Shown here piece by piece: positions 50,145-61,374 of a stretch of DNA of 64,000 bases. The notes below the pieces were generated by a model. The model saw only the letters and a list, made by a program, of their open reading frames with translations. It did not search any database and was not told the DNA's origin. Each line of letters begins with the position of its first letter. Positions within the stretch are counted from its first letter, which is position 1. Made by a program: the position numbers and the translations under genes. The stretch is from Candidatus Latescibacterota bacterium. GTDB taxonomy: Bacteria; Latescibacterota; UBA2968. Location: contig OZ242311.1 of the NCBI GenBank assembly GCA_965207885.1, positions 96,001-160,000 of the forward strand, given 5' to 3'.

Positions 50145-53100
50145 ATGTTCTCACAGATTGAACAAATCTTCTCGCACATCATCCGCACCCGCCTGACAGC
50201 CATCATCCTCATGCTGGCACTGCCAATCGCGGCAGACGCTCAGGAAGTGACAATTAAGTCAAGCCCTACCAGCATCATGGAAGGCAAAAGCACCACATTT
50301 ATCATATCGGTGACACCAGCCCCAACCAGCAACCTGAGAGTAAACATAGAAGTGACGGGTAATACCATCCCCTCCAGCTACACCCGCCCTACAACAATCA
50401 CCGTCGGCACCTCTGGCCAATACACACTGACAGTGCCAACCGAAGATTTTGACGAGAATCCGGACGACGAAAACTGGGGCAACGTACACGTGAAGATAAA
50501 AGAAGGAACTGGCTACACGATCGGTGAAAATGGAAGCGCGTCCGTGCAGGTAATTGACAGTGACAAGAAGGATGAAGTTACGCTTCCGCCGCTTGAAAAC
50601 CCACCCCCTTCGCTTCCGGTAGTAACGCTTCACACAGACCAAACGCGGGTCGCAATAGGCGACAGGGTGACGCTCACAATGAAGCGCACCGAACCTCACG
50701 ACTACAGACATCGGGTGGATTTCCGGGTGGGCGGACACTTGCCGGATATTACCGACTGGGAACCGATGGTGGAAATCCTTCATCCGCAGTCGGCAAACAG
50801 GCATCCGCCAGGCGAGAGATCGTATTCTTTCCGCGTGCAGGAAGAGACCTGTGGGCACACGCAGGGACGCAAAATTGAAGCCTTTCTCTTTGATGCCTAC
50901 TACTATGGAGACAACATTCCACAGGCATCACGTACTGGGGATTCGGCTTACAAAGTGGGCGATCCATCTTCGGTGACCATAGAGGTTTATAAGCCCACAA
51001 ATTGGCAACCGGCAGGAGCCCCAACCATCAACGGTACGCCCGAGGTGGGTCAAACATTAACAGTCTCCCATGGCCTCAGCGGTGTGACAGGCTATCAATG
51101 GTACCGGGGTTCAAATTCCATCTCCGGTGAGATGGGCAGTACGTACACAGTGCAAACAGCCGATAATGGTCACCGACTGAAAGTTCGGGTAACCTTCAAT
51201 AACGGCACGTGCTATTTGGAAAGCGCATTGACAGCAGTCGTGGGTGGAATGCCAATCGGGACAATTGACACAAATCCTCCAACCATCATCGAAGGTCAGA
51301 CCAAGAGATTCAGAATCACAATGGACCCTGTCCCGAAGGCTCCACTAATTGCAGAAGTGCGCGTCAGCCAGACCGGCGATTTCATCACCGGCTCACCGGG
51401 CGTGGGCATTCACACAGTCAACTTCGGCGCCAACCAGGCCACCGCCACAATAACAGTCAATACTGAAGATGATCAAGTAGAGGAACCGAATGGCGAGATA
51501 AGCGCGGAACTGTTGAAGAGAACAGGCTATGAAGTAGGCGCCCCATCCATCGCAACCGTCATCGTTGAGGACAACGACGAGGGATCTCCGCCACCACCGC
51601 CACCACCACCGCCGCCAACCCCTTCGGTGAGCATCTCTGCCAATCCCACAACCATCACTGAAGGCGGAACCACAACCGTTACGGTCACAGCGAATCCTGC
51701 TCCAACAACCTCAATAAACGTGAACGTGAACGTCAGCCAAAACGGCAATTTCATCAGCGGCTCACCACCATCAAGTGTCACCTTCAATGCCAACAATACC
51801 ACCGCCACATTCACAATCAATACTGTAAACGATAATATAGATGAGCCTAATGGCTCGATAACAGCCCAAGTACAAGGTGGATCAGGCTACACTGTAGGCT
51901 CACCATCATCAGCAACCGTTAATGTCAATGACAACGACAATCCGCCGCCAAATACGCCACAGGTGACCATCTCGGCAGGGACCTCACCCATCACCGAAGG
52001 CACGGATGCAACTTTCACGCTCACAGCGTCTCCTGCACCAACAACCTCAATAAACGTGAGCGTGAACGTCAGCCAGAGCGGCAATTTCATCAGTTCACCG
52101 GGCATCCGCACAGTCAGCATCGGTACCAACGGCACCGCCACACTGATAGTCGCAACAGTCAATGATAATACAGATGAATCAAATGGCTCGATAACAGCTC
52201 AGGTGCAAGGTGGACCAGGCTATTCGGTGGGCTCTCCATCATTGGCAACTGTCACTGTGAATGACAACGACGGGGGATCTCCGCCACCACCGCCAACCCC
52301 ATCGGTGACCATCACAGCGGGGACCTCACCCATCACTGAAGGCACATCTGCAACTTTCACACTCACAGCGTCCCCGGCTCCGACAACCTCAATAAACGTG
52401 AACGTGAATGTCAGCCAAAATGGCAATTTCATCAGTTCACCGGGCATCCGCACAGTCAGCATCGGTACCAACGGCACCGCCACACTGACAGTCGCAACGG
52501 ACAACGATAATACAGATGAGCCTAATGGCTCGATAACAGCCCAAGTGCAGACCGGCGCAGGTTACACAGTAGGCTCACCATCATCGGCTACCGTCAACGT
52601 CAACGATAACGACGCAGCGCCAAGGGGTCCACCGCAGCCAAAAGTGACAATCACAGCGAATCCTACAACCATCACCGAAGGCCAGTCTGCAACTTTCACA
52701 CTCACAGCGTCCCCTGCACCGACGACCTCAATAACCGTGAGCGTGAACGTCAGCCAAAACGGCAATTTCATCAGTTCAACAGGCACGCGATCGGCCACCA
52801 TCAACGCCAACAATACCACCGCCACATTCACAATCAATACCGTAAATGATAATATAGATGAGCCTAATGGCTCGGTAACAGCGCAAGTGCAAGCCGGAAC
52901 GGACTATACTGTAGGCGCTCCATCATCAGCAACCGTTAATGTCAATGACAACGACGTATCTGGAGGAGGAGGTCAACCGCCCATAGGAGTGACCCCACCG
53001 CCGCAACCACCGCAACCACCACCGCAGCCACCTCCTCAACCACCTCCTCCGACCCCATCTGTGACCATCTCAGCCAATCCCACAACCATCACTGAAGGCG

Positions 53101-56100
53101 GAACCACAACCGTTACGGTCACAGCGTCCCCTGCGCCAACGACCTCAATAAACGTGAGCGTAAACGTCACGCAAAACGGCAATTTCATCAGTGGTTCACC
53201 ACCATCAAGTGTCACCATCAATGCCAACAATACCACCGCCACATTCACAATCAATACCGTAAATGATAATATAGATGAGCCTAATGGCTCGATAACAGCG
53301 CAAGTGCAAGGTGGATCAGGCTATTCAGTAGGCTCTCCATCTTCAGTGACCATCACTGTCAATGACAATGACACCTCGCCACCTGGAACTCCAGCGGTGA
53401 CCATCTCGGCAGGCACCTCACCCATCACCGAAGGCACGGATGCAACTTTCACACTCACAGCAACCCCTGCACCTACAACCTCAATAAACGTGAGTGTGAA
53501 CGTCACGCAAAGCGGCAATTTCATCAGCGGCTCAACAGGCGCGCGCACAGTCAGCATAGGTACCTCTGGCACCGCCACACTGACAGTCAATACTGTAAAT
53601 GATAATACAGACGAGTCAAATGGCTCGGTAACAGCACAAGTGCAGGGCGGAACAGGCTATACTGTAGGCTCTCCATCATCGGCTACCGTCAACGTCAACG
53701 ACAACGACGTATCTGGAGGAGGGGGTCAAACGCCGATAGGAGTGACCCCACCACCACAACCGCCACCACAGCCACCACCTCAACCACCACCTCAACCACC
53801 ACAACCACCGCAGCCGCCACCACAGCCGCCACCACAGCCTGGAACCACCCCACAGGTGACCATCTCGGCAGGGACTTCACCTGTCACCGAAGGCACGGAT
53901 GCGACATTTACGCTCACAGCGTCCCCCGCGCCTACAACCTCATTAAACGTGATGGTGGATGTCTCTCAGACCGGCAATTTCATCAGTGGCTCACCAGGCA
54001 GACGTCTGGTCAGCATCGGCACCTCTGGCACCGCAACACTGACAGTAGCAACGGACAACGATAATACAGATGAGCCTAATGGCTCGATAACAGCGCAAGT
54101 GCAGACCGGAGCAGGCTACACAGTAGGCTCCCCTTCCTCAGCAACCGTCACTGTCAATGACAACGACGCAGCGCCAAGGGGTCCACCGCAGCCAAGAGTG
54201 ACAATCACAGCGAATCCTACAACCATCACCGAAGGCACGGATGCCACATTCACACTCACAGCGAATCCCAGACCGACAACCGCGCTGAAAGTACGGATAA
54301 ACGTCACCCAGACGGGTAGTGTCCTCAGAGGCACACCCCCCTCAACCGTCACCTTCCGCGCCAACCAGACCACCGCTACACTCACAGTAGCAACGCACGA
54401 CGACAATGTAGATGAAATCGCCAGCGAAGTAACCGCACAAATACAGACCGGAACGGGCTACACAGTAGGCTCCCCATCCTCGGCAACCGTCACTGTCAAC
54501 GACAACGACATTCCGCAGATGACAATCACGGCGAATCGCGCGAGCGTCACTGAAGGCACGGATGCGACATTCACAATCACAGCAGATCCCAGACCGGCAA
54601 CCGCACTAACCGTGAACGTGAACGTCACCCAAACCGGCGATGTCATCAGCGGCACACCGCCTTCGACAGTCACATTCAACGCCAATCAGACCACCGCCAC
54701 GCTAAGGGTAGCAACACACGACGACAATGTACGCGAATCCGCTGGTACTGTAATGGCGCAAATAACGTCAGGTGTGGGCTACACAGTGGGCACCCCATCC
54801 TCGGCGAGCGTAACCGTCAAAGACAACGACACACCTCCGAACTCACCAGCAACAGGTGCCCCAATAATCATCGGCAAACCCGAATTGGGAGAAACACTAA
54901 AAACAGATGTCTCTAACATCCGGGATGCCAATGGCCTCACCAATGTGTCATACGCCTATCAGTGGATCCGCGTAATCGGCAGTATGGAGACCGAGATTCC
55001 CGGAGCCACGGGTTCGATGTACACAGTGGTAACAGCCGATAGTGGTTACCGGCTAAAAGTTCGGGTGAACTTCAACGACGATTTGGGCTATCCCGAAGAA
55101 CTGGAAAGCGCATTGACAGCGATGGTGGTCATACCGGGCGTGACACCGGTAATAACACTCACACCGGACCCCCCAAGTGTCACCGAAGGCACGGCTGCGA
55201 CATTCACAATCACAGCGACCCCTGCACCCACAATCACACTGACCGTGAACATAAGCATCACCGAAACCGCCAATACCCTCAGCGGCACACCGCCATCAAC
55301 CGTCACCATCAGCGCCGGCCAGACCACACTGACAGTAGCAACAGACGACGATAAAAAGGACGAACACGCCAGTGTAATAACCGCGCAAGTGCAAGCCGGA
55401 ATGGGCTACACAGTAGGCTCTCCATCCTCAGCCAGAGTGCTCGTGATGGATAACGACTTGCCGCCAGCGATAGACGCAACGCTGAGCAACCTGACAATCA
55501 ACCCCGGCATAATGACCCCCACATTCGCTCCGGCCACATTGTCCTACACCGCCCTGGTGCCCCACGATGCCTCATCCGTAACAGTTACAGCAACACCCAA
55601 TAACCCGGACGCAACCGTAGCTATCGACGACCAGAACACCACCTCATTGAACATACCATTTACCGGTGACACAATGGACGTCACAGTAACAGTTATAGCC
55701 GTAGATGGCGTCACCCAATTGACCTACACCATCACAGTCAACCGTGCGCCAGCAGGGTTTCCACAAGTGACCATCACAGCGAATCCCACAACCGTCACCG
55801 AAGGCACGGCTGCGACATTCACAATCACAGCAAACCAACCATCAGTAACCGATCTGACCGTGAACGTAAGCGTCACCGAAACCGCCAAAATGCTCAGCGG
55901 CACACCGCCCTCGACCGTCATCATCAGTGCTGGCTACACCACCGCCACATTGACAGTCGCAACACATGACGACGACGTAGATGAACACGCCAGTGTCGTA
56001 ACCGCACAAATAAAAGTCGGAACAGGCTACACAGTAAGCGACCCATCCTCGGCCAAAGTATTCGTACTGGACGACGAAGTGGTGTTATCGACAGACGCAA

Positions 56101-59100
56101 CCCTGAGCAGCCTGACCATCAACCCCGGTACACTGAATCCAGCATTCGATCCCGACACATACACCTACACAGCCACAGTGCCGTACGCGACCTCAACAGT
56201 AACAGTCACAGCAACACCCAATGACACAGACGCAACCGTAACCCTCAACGGACAGACCGCGACCACATCGAACGTGCCATTTACCGGCGACACGATGGAC
56301 ATCGCAGTAACAGTCACCGCCGAAGACGGCACCACCCAAGTAACCTACACCATCACAGTCAACCGTGGTGCCCCATCGACAGACGCAGCCCTGAGCGACC
56401 TGACAATCAACCCCGGCACACTGAACCCGGCATTCGATCCGGCAACATTGGACTACACCGTCTCAGTGGAAAACGGGGTCTCGACAATAACGATTACAGC
56501 CACAGCCAATAACCCGGGTGCAACCATAACCATCAACGGACAGACCGCGACCACATTGGACGTATCACTTGTCGAAGGCACGAACACCATCACAGTAGTA
56601 GTCACAGCCGAAGACGGCACCACCCAGGTGACCTATACCATTACAATTACCCGCGAAGCACCGATCCCACAGGTGACCATCTCGGCAGGCACCTCACCCA
56701 TCACCGAAGGCACGGCTGCGACATTCACAATCACAGCAACCCCTGCGCCCACAACCGAACTGACCGTAAGCGTGAACATAACAGAGACGAAAGATGTCCT
56801 CAGCGACACACCGCCCTCAATCGTCACCATCGACGCCAACCAGACCACCGCTACCCTCACAGTTGCAACAGACGACGACAATGTAGATGAAGAAGCCAGC
56901 ACAATAACCGCACAACTACAAGCTGGAACAGACTACACCGTGGGCACCCCATCCTCTGCGAGCGTCACCGTGAACGACAACGACGCTGCCCCCAACAATC
57001 CAGCCACAGGCGCCCCAACAATCATCGGCACACCCGAAGTGGGAGAAACACTAACTGCCGATGTCTCTAACATCCGGGATGCCGACGGCCTTGAAAATGT
57101 CACCTATATCTATCAGTGGATCCGCGTAATAGGCGGTGTGGAAACCGAAATCTCAGGTGCCACAGGCACTACATACGAAGTCGCAACAGCCGACATTGGT
57201 TCCCAGATAAAAGTCCGGGTAAACTTCACCGATGATCTGGGCAACGCCGAAGAATTGGAAAGCGACTTGACAGCAATCGTCGTTGCCCCAGTAGTGCCAG
57301 TCTTGACAATCACAGCAAGTACCACAACCATCACCGAAGGCACGGCTGCAACCTTCACAATCACAGCGACCTCTGCACCCACAGCCGAACTGACCATCAA
57401 CGTGAACATCAGTGAAACCGGCAACGTCATCAGCGGCACACTGCCCTCAACCATCACCATCAGCACCAACCAGACCACTCTAACCATCGCAACAGCCGAC
57501 GACAATACAGATGAAGAAGCCAGCGCAATAACCGCAACACTACAAGCCGGAACAGACTACACGTTGGGCACACCCTCATCTGCGAGCATAACCGTAAACG
57601 ACAACGACCTGCCCCCGAACTCACCAGCCACAGGCGCCCCAACAATCACCGGCACACCGCAAGTAGGGCAAACACTAACCGCGGACGTCTCTAACATCCA
57701 GGATGCCAATGGCCTCACCAATGTATCGTACACCTATCAGTGGATCCGTCTGGTAGGCAGTGTGGAAACCGAAATCATCGGCGCCACTGGTGGGACATAC
57801 GAAGTCACAATAACCGACACAGATCGCCAGCTAAAAGTTCGGGTCAACTTCACCGACGACCTGGGCTATGACGAAGAATTGGAAAGCGCATGGACAGCAG
57901 TTATTACACCAGAGGAACCTCGCGTGGTAAAATTAGACGGATGGCTGGCGCGATTTGGGCGAACCGCATCGAATCACGTAATCGAAACCGTGCGCGAACG
58001 CGTGAGGGGGCACGTGGGCACCAACCACGTGGTGATTGGCGGATACAACCTGCATGAGACGAATTATAACGGACTATCCTACAATCCGGCATTGATACCG
58101 AGCGATTCCCCAATGAGATTTAGCATTGAGGCCGCGCAGAGTGCTCACGACAAAGAGATATTGAAGCAAATCATATCGAGTACATCATTTGCCCTGTCTG
58201 GCACAATGGGACCGTACAGCGAACCTCGATGGGCAGTGTGGGGCCGGGGTGCAACAACGCGCTTTAGCGGCACCGACGACGATCAGACAGTAGAAGGCGA
58301 CGTAACATCGGTCATGCTGGGCATCGACTATGGGGATAACAGTTTCCAGGGCGGGCTTGTCCTATCCTACACCATGGGCGATGGCATACTGGGCACCATC
58401 GCCAATACCCGCGACGAATGGTCAGTAGAGACAACGCTGACGGGTATCTATCCCTGGGCGCGCCTCGCATTGACAAACCGATTCTCTGTATGGGGAATGC
58501 TGGGCTATGGCGGAGGCGATCTGCCCCTATCGCTCGAAGGCATCAAGAAATTAGAGACAGACGCAAACATGGTCATGGGAGCAATTGGGACCCGCACCGA
58601 TTTGGTCGGATCGACCTATCATGACGGATTTACACTGACCCTGGCATCAGATGCAGTGCTATCGCGTGCGAATGCGGATGATCTGAGGGATTTGTTGGAG
58701 AACAAGGGCACGGCGAGCCGCGTACGCGTATTATTAGAAGGATCACACGTACTCTGGGTCGCCGGGGGTTCACTGCAACCATTGGCCGAGGTGGGAATGC
58801 GGTATGATGGCGGCGATGCAGACACGGGCATGGGGATAGAAATTGGTGCCGGGATGCGCTATGTACTGACCTCGCTGGGCCTGATGATTGAGGGTCGGGT
58901 GCGCGGCCTCATAGCACACCAGGAAGGCAATTATGAAGAATGGGGCGGCTCGGGCACAATCCGCCTGTCTCCAAATCCATCAGGCGAAGGACTATCGCTT
59001 CGGGTATCGCCAACATGGGGCGACGCATCTGGCAGCGCGCGTGCCCTGTGGTCGAGGCCCGACATGGGCGACATCGCATCTGGTCGCAACTCGGAAGTCT

Positions 59101-59387
59101 ATGCATCTAACCACGTATCCGCCGAAATAGCCTATGGCGTACCGCTACTGGGCGATAAATTAATTGCAACGCCATTTGTCGGGCTACAAGACCGGCACAA
59201 ACGGCTCGGCGTCGGCTTGCACAGGGGTTCGTTATTCGGCCTTGCGGTCGAGGGCATGCAACACAACCAGGACCTTGCCCTGAGGGTTCGCGCGGGCATG
59301 CACACGCAACACATCATCCTCCGCCTTGAAGGCAGCCTCGATAAATATGGTCACCACGCCTACTTCAGGCTACACCACGATATGTGA
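50145..59387 (+). CDS. Large (3080 aa) surface protein: Calx-beta-like/Ig repeats, Pro/Gln linkers, cadherin-like beta-sandwiches, autotransporter-like C-terminus
   Basis: Signal peptide ..LPIAADA|Q; repeats ITEG..ATFT.TA.PAP..GY.VGSPSSATV.VNDND; 4x GAPTI.G.P.VG.TL..YQW; 3x DA.LS.LTINPG; WLARFGRT, WAVWGRG, YDGGDADTG barrel motifs. Confidence 0.9.
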   Translation: MFSQIEQIFSHIIRTRLTAIILMLALPIAADAQEVTIKSSPTSIMEGKSTTFIISVTPAPTSNLRVNIEVTGNTIPSSYTRPTTITVGTSGQYTLTVPTEDFDENPDDENWGNVHVKIKEGTGYTIGENGSASVQVIDSDKKDEVTLPPLENPPPSLPVVTLHTDQTRVAIGDRVTLTMKRTEPHDYRHRVDFRVGGHLPDITDWEPMVEILHPQSANRHPPGERSYSFRVQEETCGHTQGRKIEAFLFDAYYYGDNIPQASRTGDSAYKVGDPSSVTIEVYKPTNWQPAGAPTINGTPEVGQTLTVSHGLSGVTGYQWYRGSNSISGEMGSTYTVQTADNGHRLKVRVTFNNGTCYLESALTAVVGGMPIGTIDTNPPTIIEGQTKRFRITMDPVPKAPLIAEVRVSQTGDFITGSPGVGIHTVNFGANQATATITVNTEDDQVEEPNGEISAELLKRTGYEVGAPSIATVIVEDNDEGSPPPPPPPPPPTPSVSISANPTTITEGGTTTVTVTANPAPTTSINVNVNVSQNGNFISGSPPSSVTFNANNTTATFTINTVNDNIDEPNGSITAQVQGGSGYTVGSPSSATVNVNDNDNPPPNTPQVTISAGTSPITEGTDATFTLTASPAPTTSINVSVNVSQSGNFISSPGIRTVSIGTNGTATLIVATVNDNTDESNGSITAQVQGGPGYSVGSPSLATVTVNDNDGGSPPPPPTPSVTITAGTSPITEGTSATFTLTASPAPTTSINVNVNVSQNGNFISSPGIRTVSIGTNGTATLTVATDNDNTDEPNGSITAQVQTGAGYTVGSPSSATVNVNDNDAAPRGPPQPKVTITANPTTITEGQSATFTLTASPAPTTSITVSVNVSQNGNFISSTGTRSATINANNTTATFTINTVNDNIDEPNGSVTAQVQAGTDYTVGAPSSATVNVNDNDVSGGGGQPPIGVTPPPQPPQPPPQPPPQPPPPTPSVTISANPTTITEGGTTTVTVTASPAPTTSINVSVNVTQNGNFISGSPPSSVTINANNTTATFTINTVNDNIDEPNGSITAQVQGGSGYSVGSPSSVTITVNDNDTSPPGTPAVTISAGTSPITEGTDATFTLTATPAPTTSINVSVNVTQSGNFISGSTGARTVSIGTSGTATLTVNTVNDNTDESNGSVTAQVQGGTGYTVGSPSSATVNVNDNDVSGGGGQTPIGVTPPPQPPPQPPPQPPPQPPQPPQPPPQPPPQPGTTPQVTISAGTSPVTEGTDATFTLTASPAPTTSLNVMVDVSQTGNFISGSPGRRLVSIGTSGTATLTVATDNDNTDEPNGSITAQVQTGAGYTVGSPSSATVTVNDNDAAPRGPPQPRVTITANPTTITEGTDATFTLTANPRPTTALKVRINVTQTGSVLRGTPPSTVTFRANQTTATLTVATHDDNVDEIASEVTAQIQTGTGYTVGSPSSATVTVNDNDIPQMTITANRASVTEGTDATFTITADPRPATALTVNVNVTQTGDVISGTPPSTVTFNANQTTATLRVATHDDNVRESAGTVMAQITSGVGYTVGTPSSASVTVKDNDTPPNSPATGAPIIIGKPELGETLKTDVSNIRDANGLTNVSYAYQWIRVIGSMETEIPGATGSMYTVVTADSGYRLKVRVNFNDDLGYPEELESALTAMVVIPGVTPVITLTPDPPSVTEGTAATFTITATPAPTITLTVNISITETANTLSGTPPSTVTISAGQTTLTVATDDDKKDEHASVITAQVQAGMGYTVGSPSSARVLVMDNDLPPAIDATLSNLTINPGIMTPTFAPATLSYTALVPHDASSVTVTATPNNPDATVAIDDQNTTSLNIPFTGDTMDVTVTVIAVDGVTQLTYTITVNRAPAGFPQVTITANPTTVTEGTAATFTITANQPSVTDLTVNVSVTETAKMLSGTPPSTVIISAGYTTATLTVATHDDDVDEHASVVTAQIKVGTGYTVSDPSSAKVFVLDDEVVLSTDATLSSLTINPGTLNPAFDPDTYTYTATVPYATSTVTVTATPNDTDATVTLNGQTATTSNVPFTGDTMDIAVTVTAEDGTTQVTYTITVNRGAPSTDAALSDLTINPGTLNPAFDPATLDYTVSVENGVSTITITATANNPGATITINGQTATTLDVSLVEGTNTITVVVTAEDGTTQVTYTITITREAPIPQVTISAGTSPITEGTAATFTITATPAPTTELTVSVNITETKDVLSDTPPSIVTIDANQTTATLTVATDDDNVDEEASTITAQLQAGTDYTVGTPSSASVTVNDNDAAPNNPATGAPTIIGTPEVGETLTADVSNIRDADGLENVTYIYQWIRVIGGVETEISGATGTTYEVATADIGSQIKVRVNFTDDLGNAEELESDLTAIVVAPVVPVLTITASTTTITEGTAATFTITATSAPTAELTINVNISETGNVISGTLPSTITISTNQTTLTIATADDNTDEEASAITATLQAGTDYTLGTPSSASITVNDNDLPPNSPATGAPTITGTPQVGQTLTADVSNIQDANGLTNVSYTYQWIRLVGSVETEIIGATGGTYEVTITDTDRQLKVRVNFTDDLGYDEELESAWTAVITPEEPRVVKLDGWLARFGRTASNHVIETVRERVRGHVGTNHVVIGGYNLHETNYNGLSYNPALIPSDSPMRFSIEAAQSAHDKEILKQIISSTSFALSGTMGPYSEPRWAVWGRGATTRFSGTDDDQTVEGDVTSVMLGIDYGDNSFQGGLVLSYTMGDGILGTIANTRDEWSVETTLTGIYPWARLALTNRFSVWGMLGYGGGDLPLSLEGIKKLETDANMVMGAIGTRTDLVGSTYHDGFTLTLASDAVLSRANADDLRDLLENKGTASRVRVLLEGSHVLWVAGGSLQPLAEVGMRYDGGDADTGMGIEIGAGMRYVLTSLGLMIEGRVRGLIAHQEGNYEEWGGSGTIRLSPNPSGEGLSLRVSPTWGDASGSARALWSRPDMGDIASGRNSEVYASNHVSAEIAYGVPLLGDKLIATPFVGLQDRHKRLGVGLHRGSLFGLAVEGMQHNQDLALRVRAGMHTQHIILRLEGSLDKYGHHAYFRLHHDM

Positions 59388-59405
59388 TTCCCAGCCCCTT
59401 TTTCC

Positions 59406-60401
59406 ATGACCCTCAAAACCCTGAACCACACCCTCTCCAAATTCCGCAACCTCACCATCCTCGTTATCGGCGACTACTTCCTCGACCGCTATCTCATCAC
59501 GGACCCCGACCTCGCCGAAACATCCATCGAAACCGGCCTTGAAGCGCGCCAAATCGTCGCCATTCGCAACCAGCCCGGCGCAGCCGGCACCATCACCTCC
59601 AACCTCTGCGCCCTCGGCATTGGACACATCTATGCCCTGGGCATAATCGGTCGCGACGGTCAGGGCTATGACCTCAAACAGGGATTGCGCGCCACGGGTG
59701 TAGATATCACCCACCTCATCGAAACACCCGACCGCTTTACCCCGACTTATACCAAACCCATAAACAAAAAAACAGGCGCTGAAATGGAACGCCTGGACAT
59801 AAAAAATCGAACGCCTTTACCCCTCGACCTCGAAAACCAACTCATTAAAACCCTGCGCCATCTCCTCCCCCTGGTAGATGGCGTCATAGCCCTCGACCAG
59901 GTACAGGAACCCAACTGCGGTGTACTCACAGATCGCGTCGTCGCCGAACTCGCAAACCTCGCCAAAATCCATCCCAACACCGTCTGCTTTGCCGACTCCC
60001 GCACCCGCATCACCAACTTCAAAAATGTCATCCTCAAAGCCAACCGCGACGAAGCCATACACGCCATTGGAGAACGCGACCTCAACCAATGTGCCCGCAC
60101 CTTTTCCCAGCGCACCGGCAAACCCGTCTTCATCACCCTTGGGCCCGACGGCATTCTCGTTGCCAACAACGAAAACCTCACGCATATTCCCGGTATAAAA
60201 ATTCCGCCGCCCATCGACATCGTGGGTGCAGGTGACAGCGTCTCGGCATCTGTGGTCTCCGCCCTTTGTGCCAGCGCATCACTATCCGACGCCGCCCAAA
60301 TAGGCGTATTGGCCTCATCCATCACCATACAACAAATCGGCACAACCGGCACAGCCTCACCCGAACAAATCGTAAAAACAGCGCAACGCGAACTCAATTG
60401 A
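59406..60401 (+). CDS. PfkB-family carbohydrate kinase (RfaE/HldE kinase-domain-like)
   Basis: VIGDYFLDRY, PGAAG, ITLGPDG, DIVGAGD. Confidence 0.85.
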   Translation: MTLKTLNHTLSKFRNLTILVIGDYFLDRYLITDPDLAETSIETGLEARQIVAIRNQPGAAGTITSNLCALGIGHIYALGIIGRDGQGYDLKQGLRATGVDITHLIETPDRFTPTYTKPINKKTGAEMERLDIKNRTPLPLDLENQLIKTLRHLLPLVDGVIALDQVQEPNCGVLTDRVVAELANLAKIHPNTVCFADSRTRITNFKNVILKANRDEAIHAIGERDLNQCARTFSQRTGKPVFITLGPDGILVANNENLTHIPGIKIPPPIDIVGAGDSVSASVVSALCASASLSDAAQIGVLASSITIQQIGTTGTASPEQIVKTAQRELN

Positions 60402-60417
60402 GGATGGAGTCCTATCC

Positions 60418-61374
60418 ATGAACCGCATTATTTCTCTTCTACCCAGCAGCACCGAAATCATCTGTGCCATCGGTGGTGGCGAACGCCTTGTCGGCCGTTC
60501 CCACGAATGCGATTACCCCTCCATCGTCGCCAACTTGCCCATCTGCACAGCTCCCAAATTCGACCCGGACGGCACCTCGTATCAAATTGACCAGCGGGTC
60601 AAAGCCATCTTGCAAGAAGCCACCTCGGTATATCGGGTAGATGCCGACCAGCTCGACGAATTGGCACCGGATTTGTTGGTAACACAATCGCAGTGCGACG
60701 TCTGCGCCGTCAGCCTTAAAGACGTCCAGGAAGCAGCCTGCCAATTGGTGCATTCTCAGCCGACCATTCTATCACTGGAACCCAACGCCTTAACCGATGT
60801 CTGGCACGACATTGAACGGGTGGGAACTGCTCTTGGAATGGAAGATAATAGTGGTACTCTCGTGACTCAACTAAAGAATCGACTACACAAAATTGCAACC
60901 CGCGTCCGCGAGATCAACTACCGTCCACGCGTGGCCTGCATTGAGTGGTTCGAACCGCTCATGGCTGCGGGCAATTGGATCCCCGAACTGGTGGAAATCT
61001 CCGGCGGTCAAAACCTCTTTACCTCGTCAGGAGATCATTCTCCCTATCTATCGTGGGAGGCCATAGAGGAAGCCCAGCCGGATATCATCATCCTGATGCC
61101 CTGCGGTTTTACTATGCCCCGTTCGCGAAACGAATTGCCATCTCTCACCCAACAGCCGGCGTGGTTCCGGCTACGAGCCGTACAGCAGGAGCAGGTATTC
61201 CTCACCGATGGCAACCAGTTTTTCAACCGTCCGGGACCGCGCCTGGTGGAATCGGCTGAAATCCTCGCCGAGATTCTCCATCCCCAGTACTTTGGTTGTA
61301 CACACGAACACATAGGATGGGAGCGATGGAAAACGGATAAAAGCATCTCGCTTGAAAGGAACCCTCATGTCTGA
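60418..61374 (+). CDS. BtuF-like cobalamin/iron substrate-binding family protein, no obvious signal peptide
   Basis: RIISLLPSSTEI, VGRSHECDYP, TQSQCDVCAV, DGNQFFNRPGPRL. Confidence 0.85.
   Translation: MNRIISLLPSSTEIICAIGGGERLVGRSHECDYPSIVANLPICTAPKFDPDGTSYQIDQRVKAILQEATSVYRVDADQLDELAPDLLVTQSQCDVCAVSLKDVQEAACQLVHSQPTILSLEPNALTDVWHDIERVGTALGMEDNSGTLVTQLKNRLHKIATRVREINYRPRVACIEWFEPLMAAGNWIPELVEISGGQNLFTSSGDHSPYLSWEAIEEAQPDIIILMPCGFTMPRSRNELPSLTQQPAWFRLRAVQQEQVFLTDGNQFFNRPGPRLVESAEILAEILHPQYFGCTHEHIGWERWKTDKSISLERNPHV

Noticed and set aside
60330-60420. Cobalamin riboswitch before the BtuF-like gene
   Set aside because: Only 16 bp separate it from the upstream CDS and no B12-box is visible
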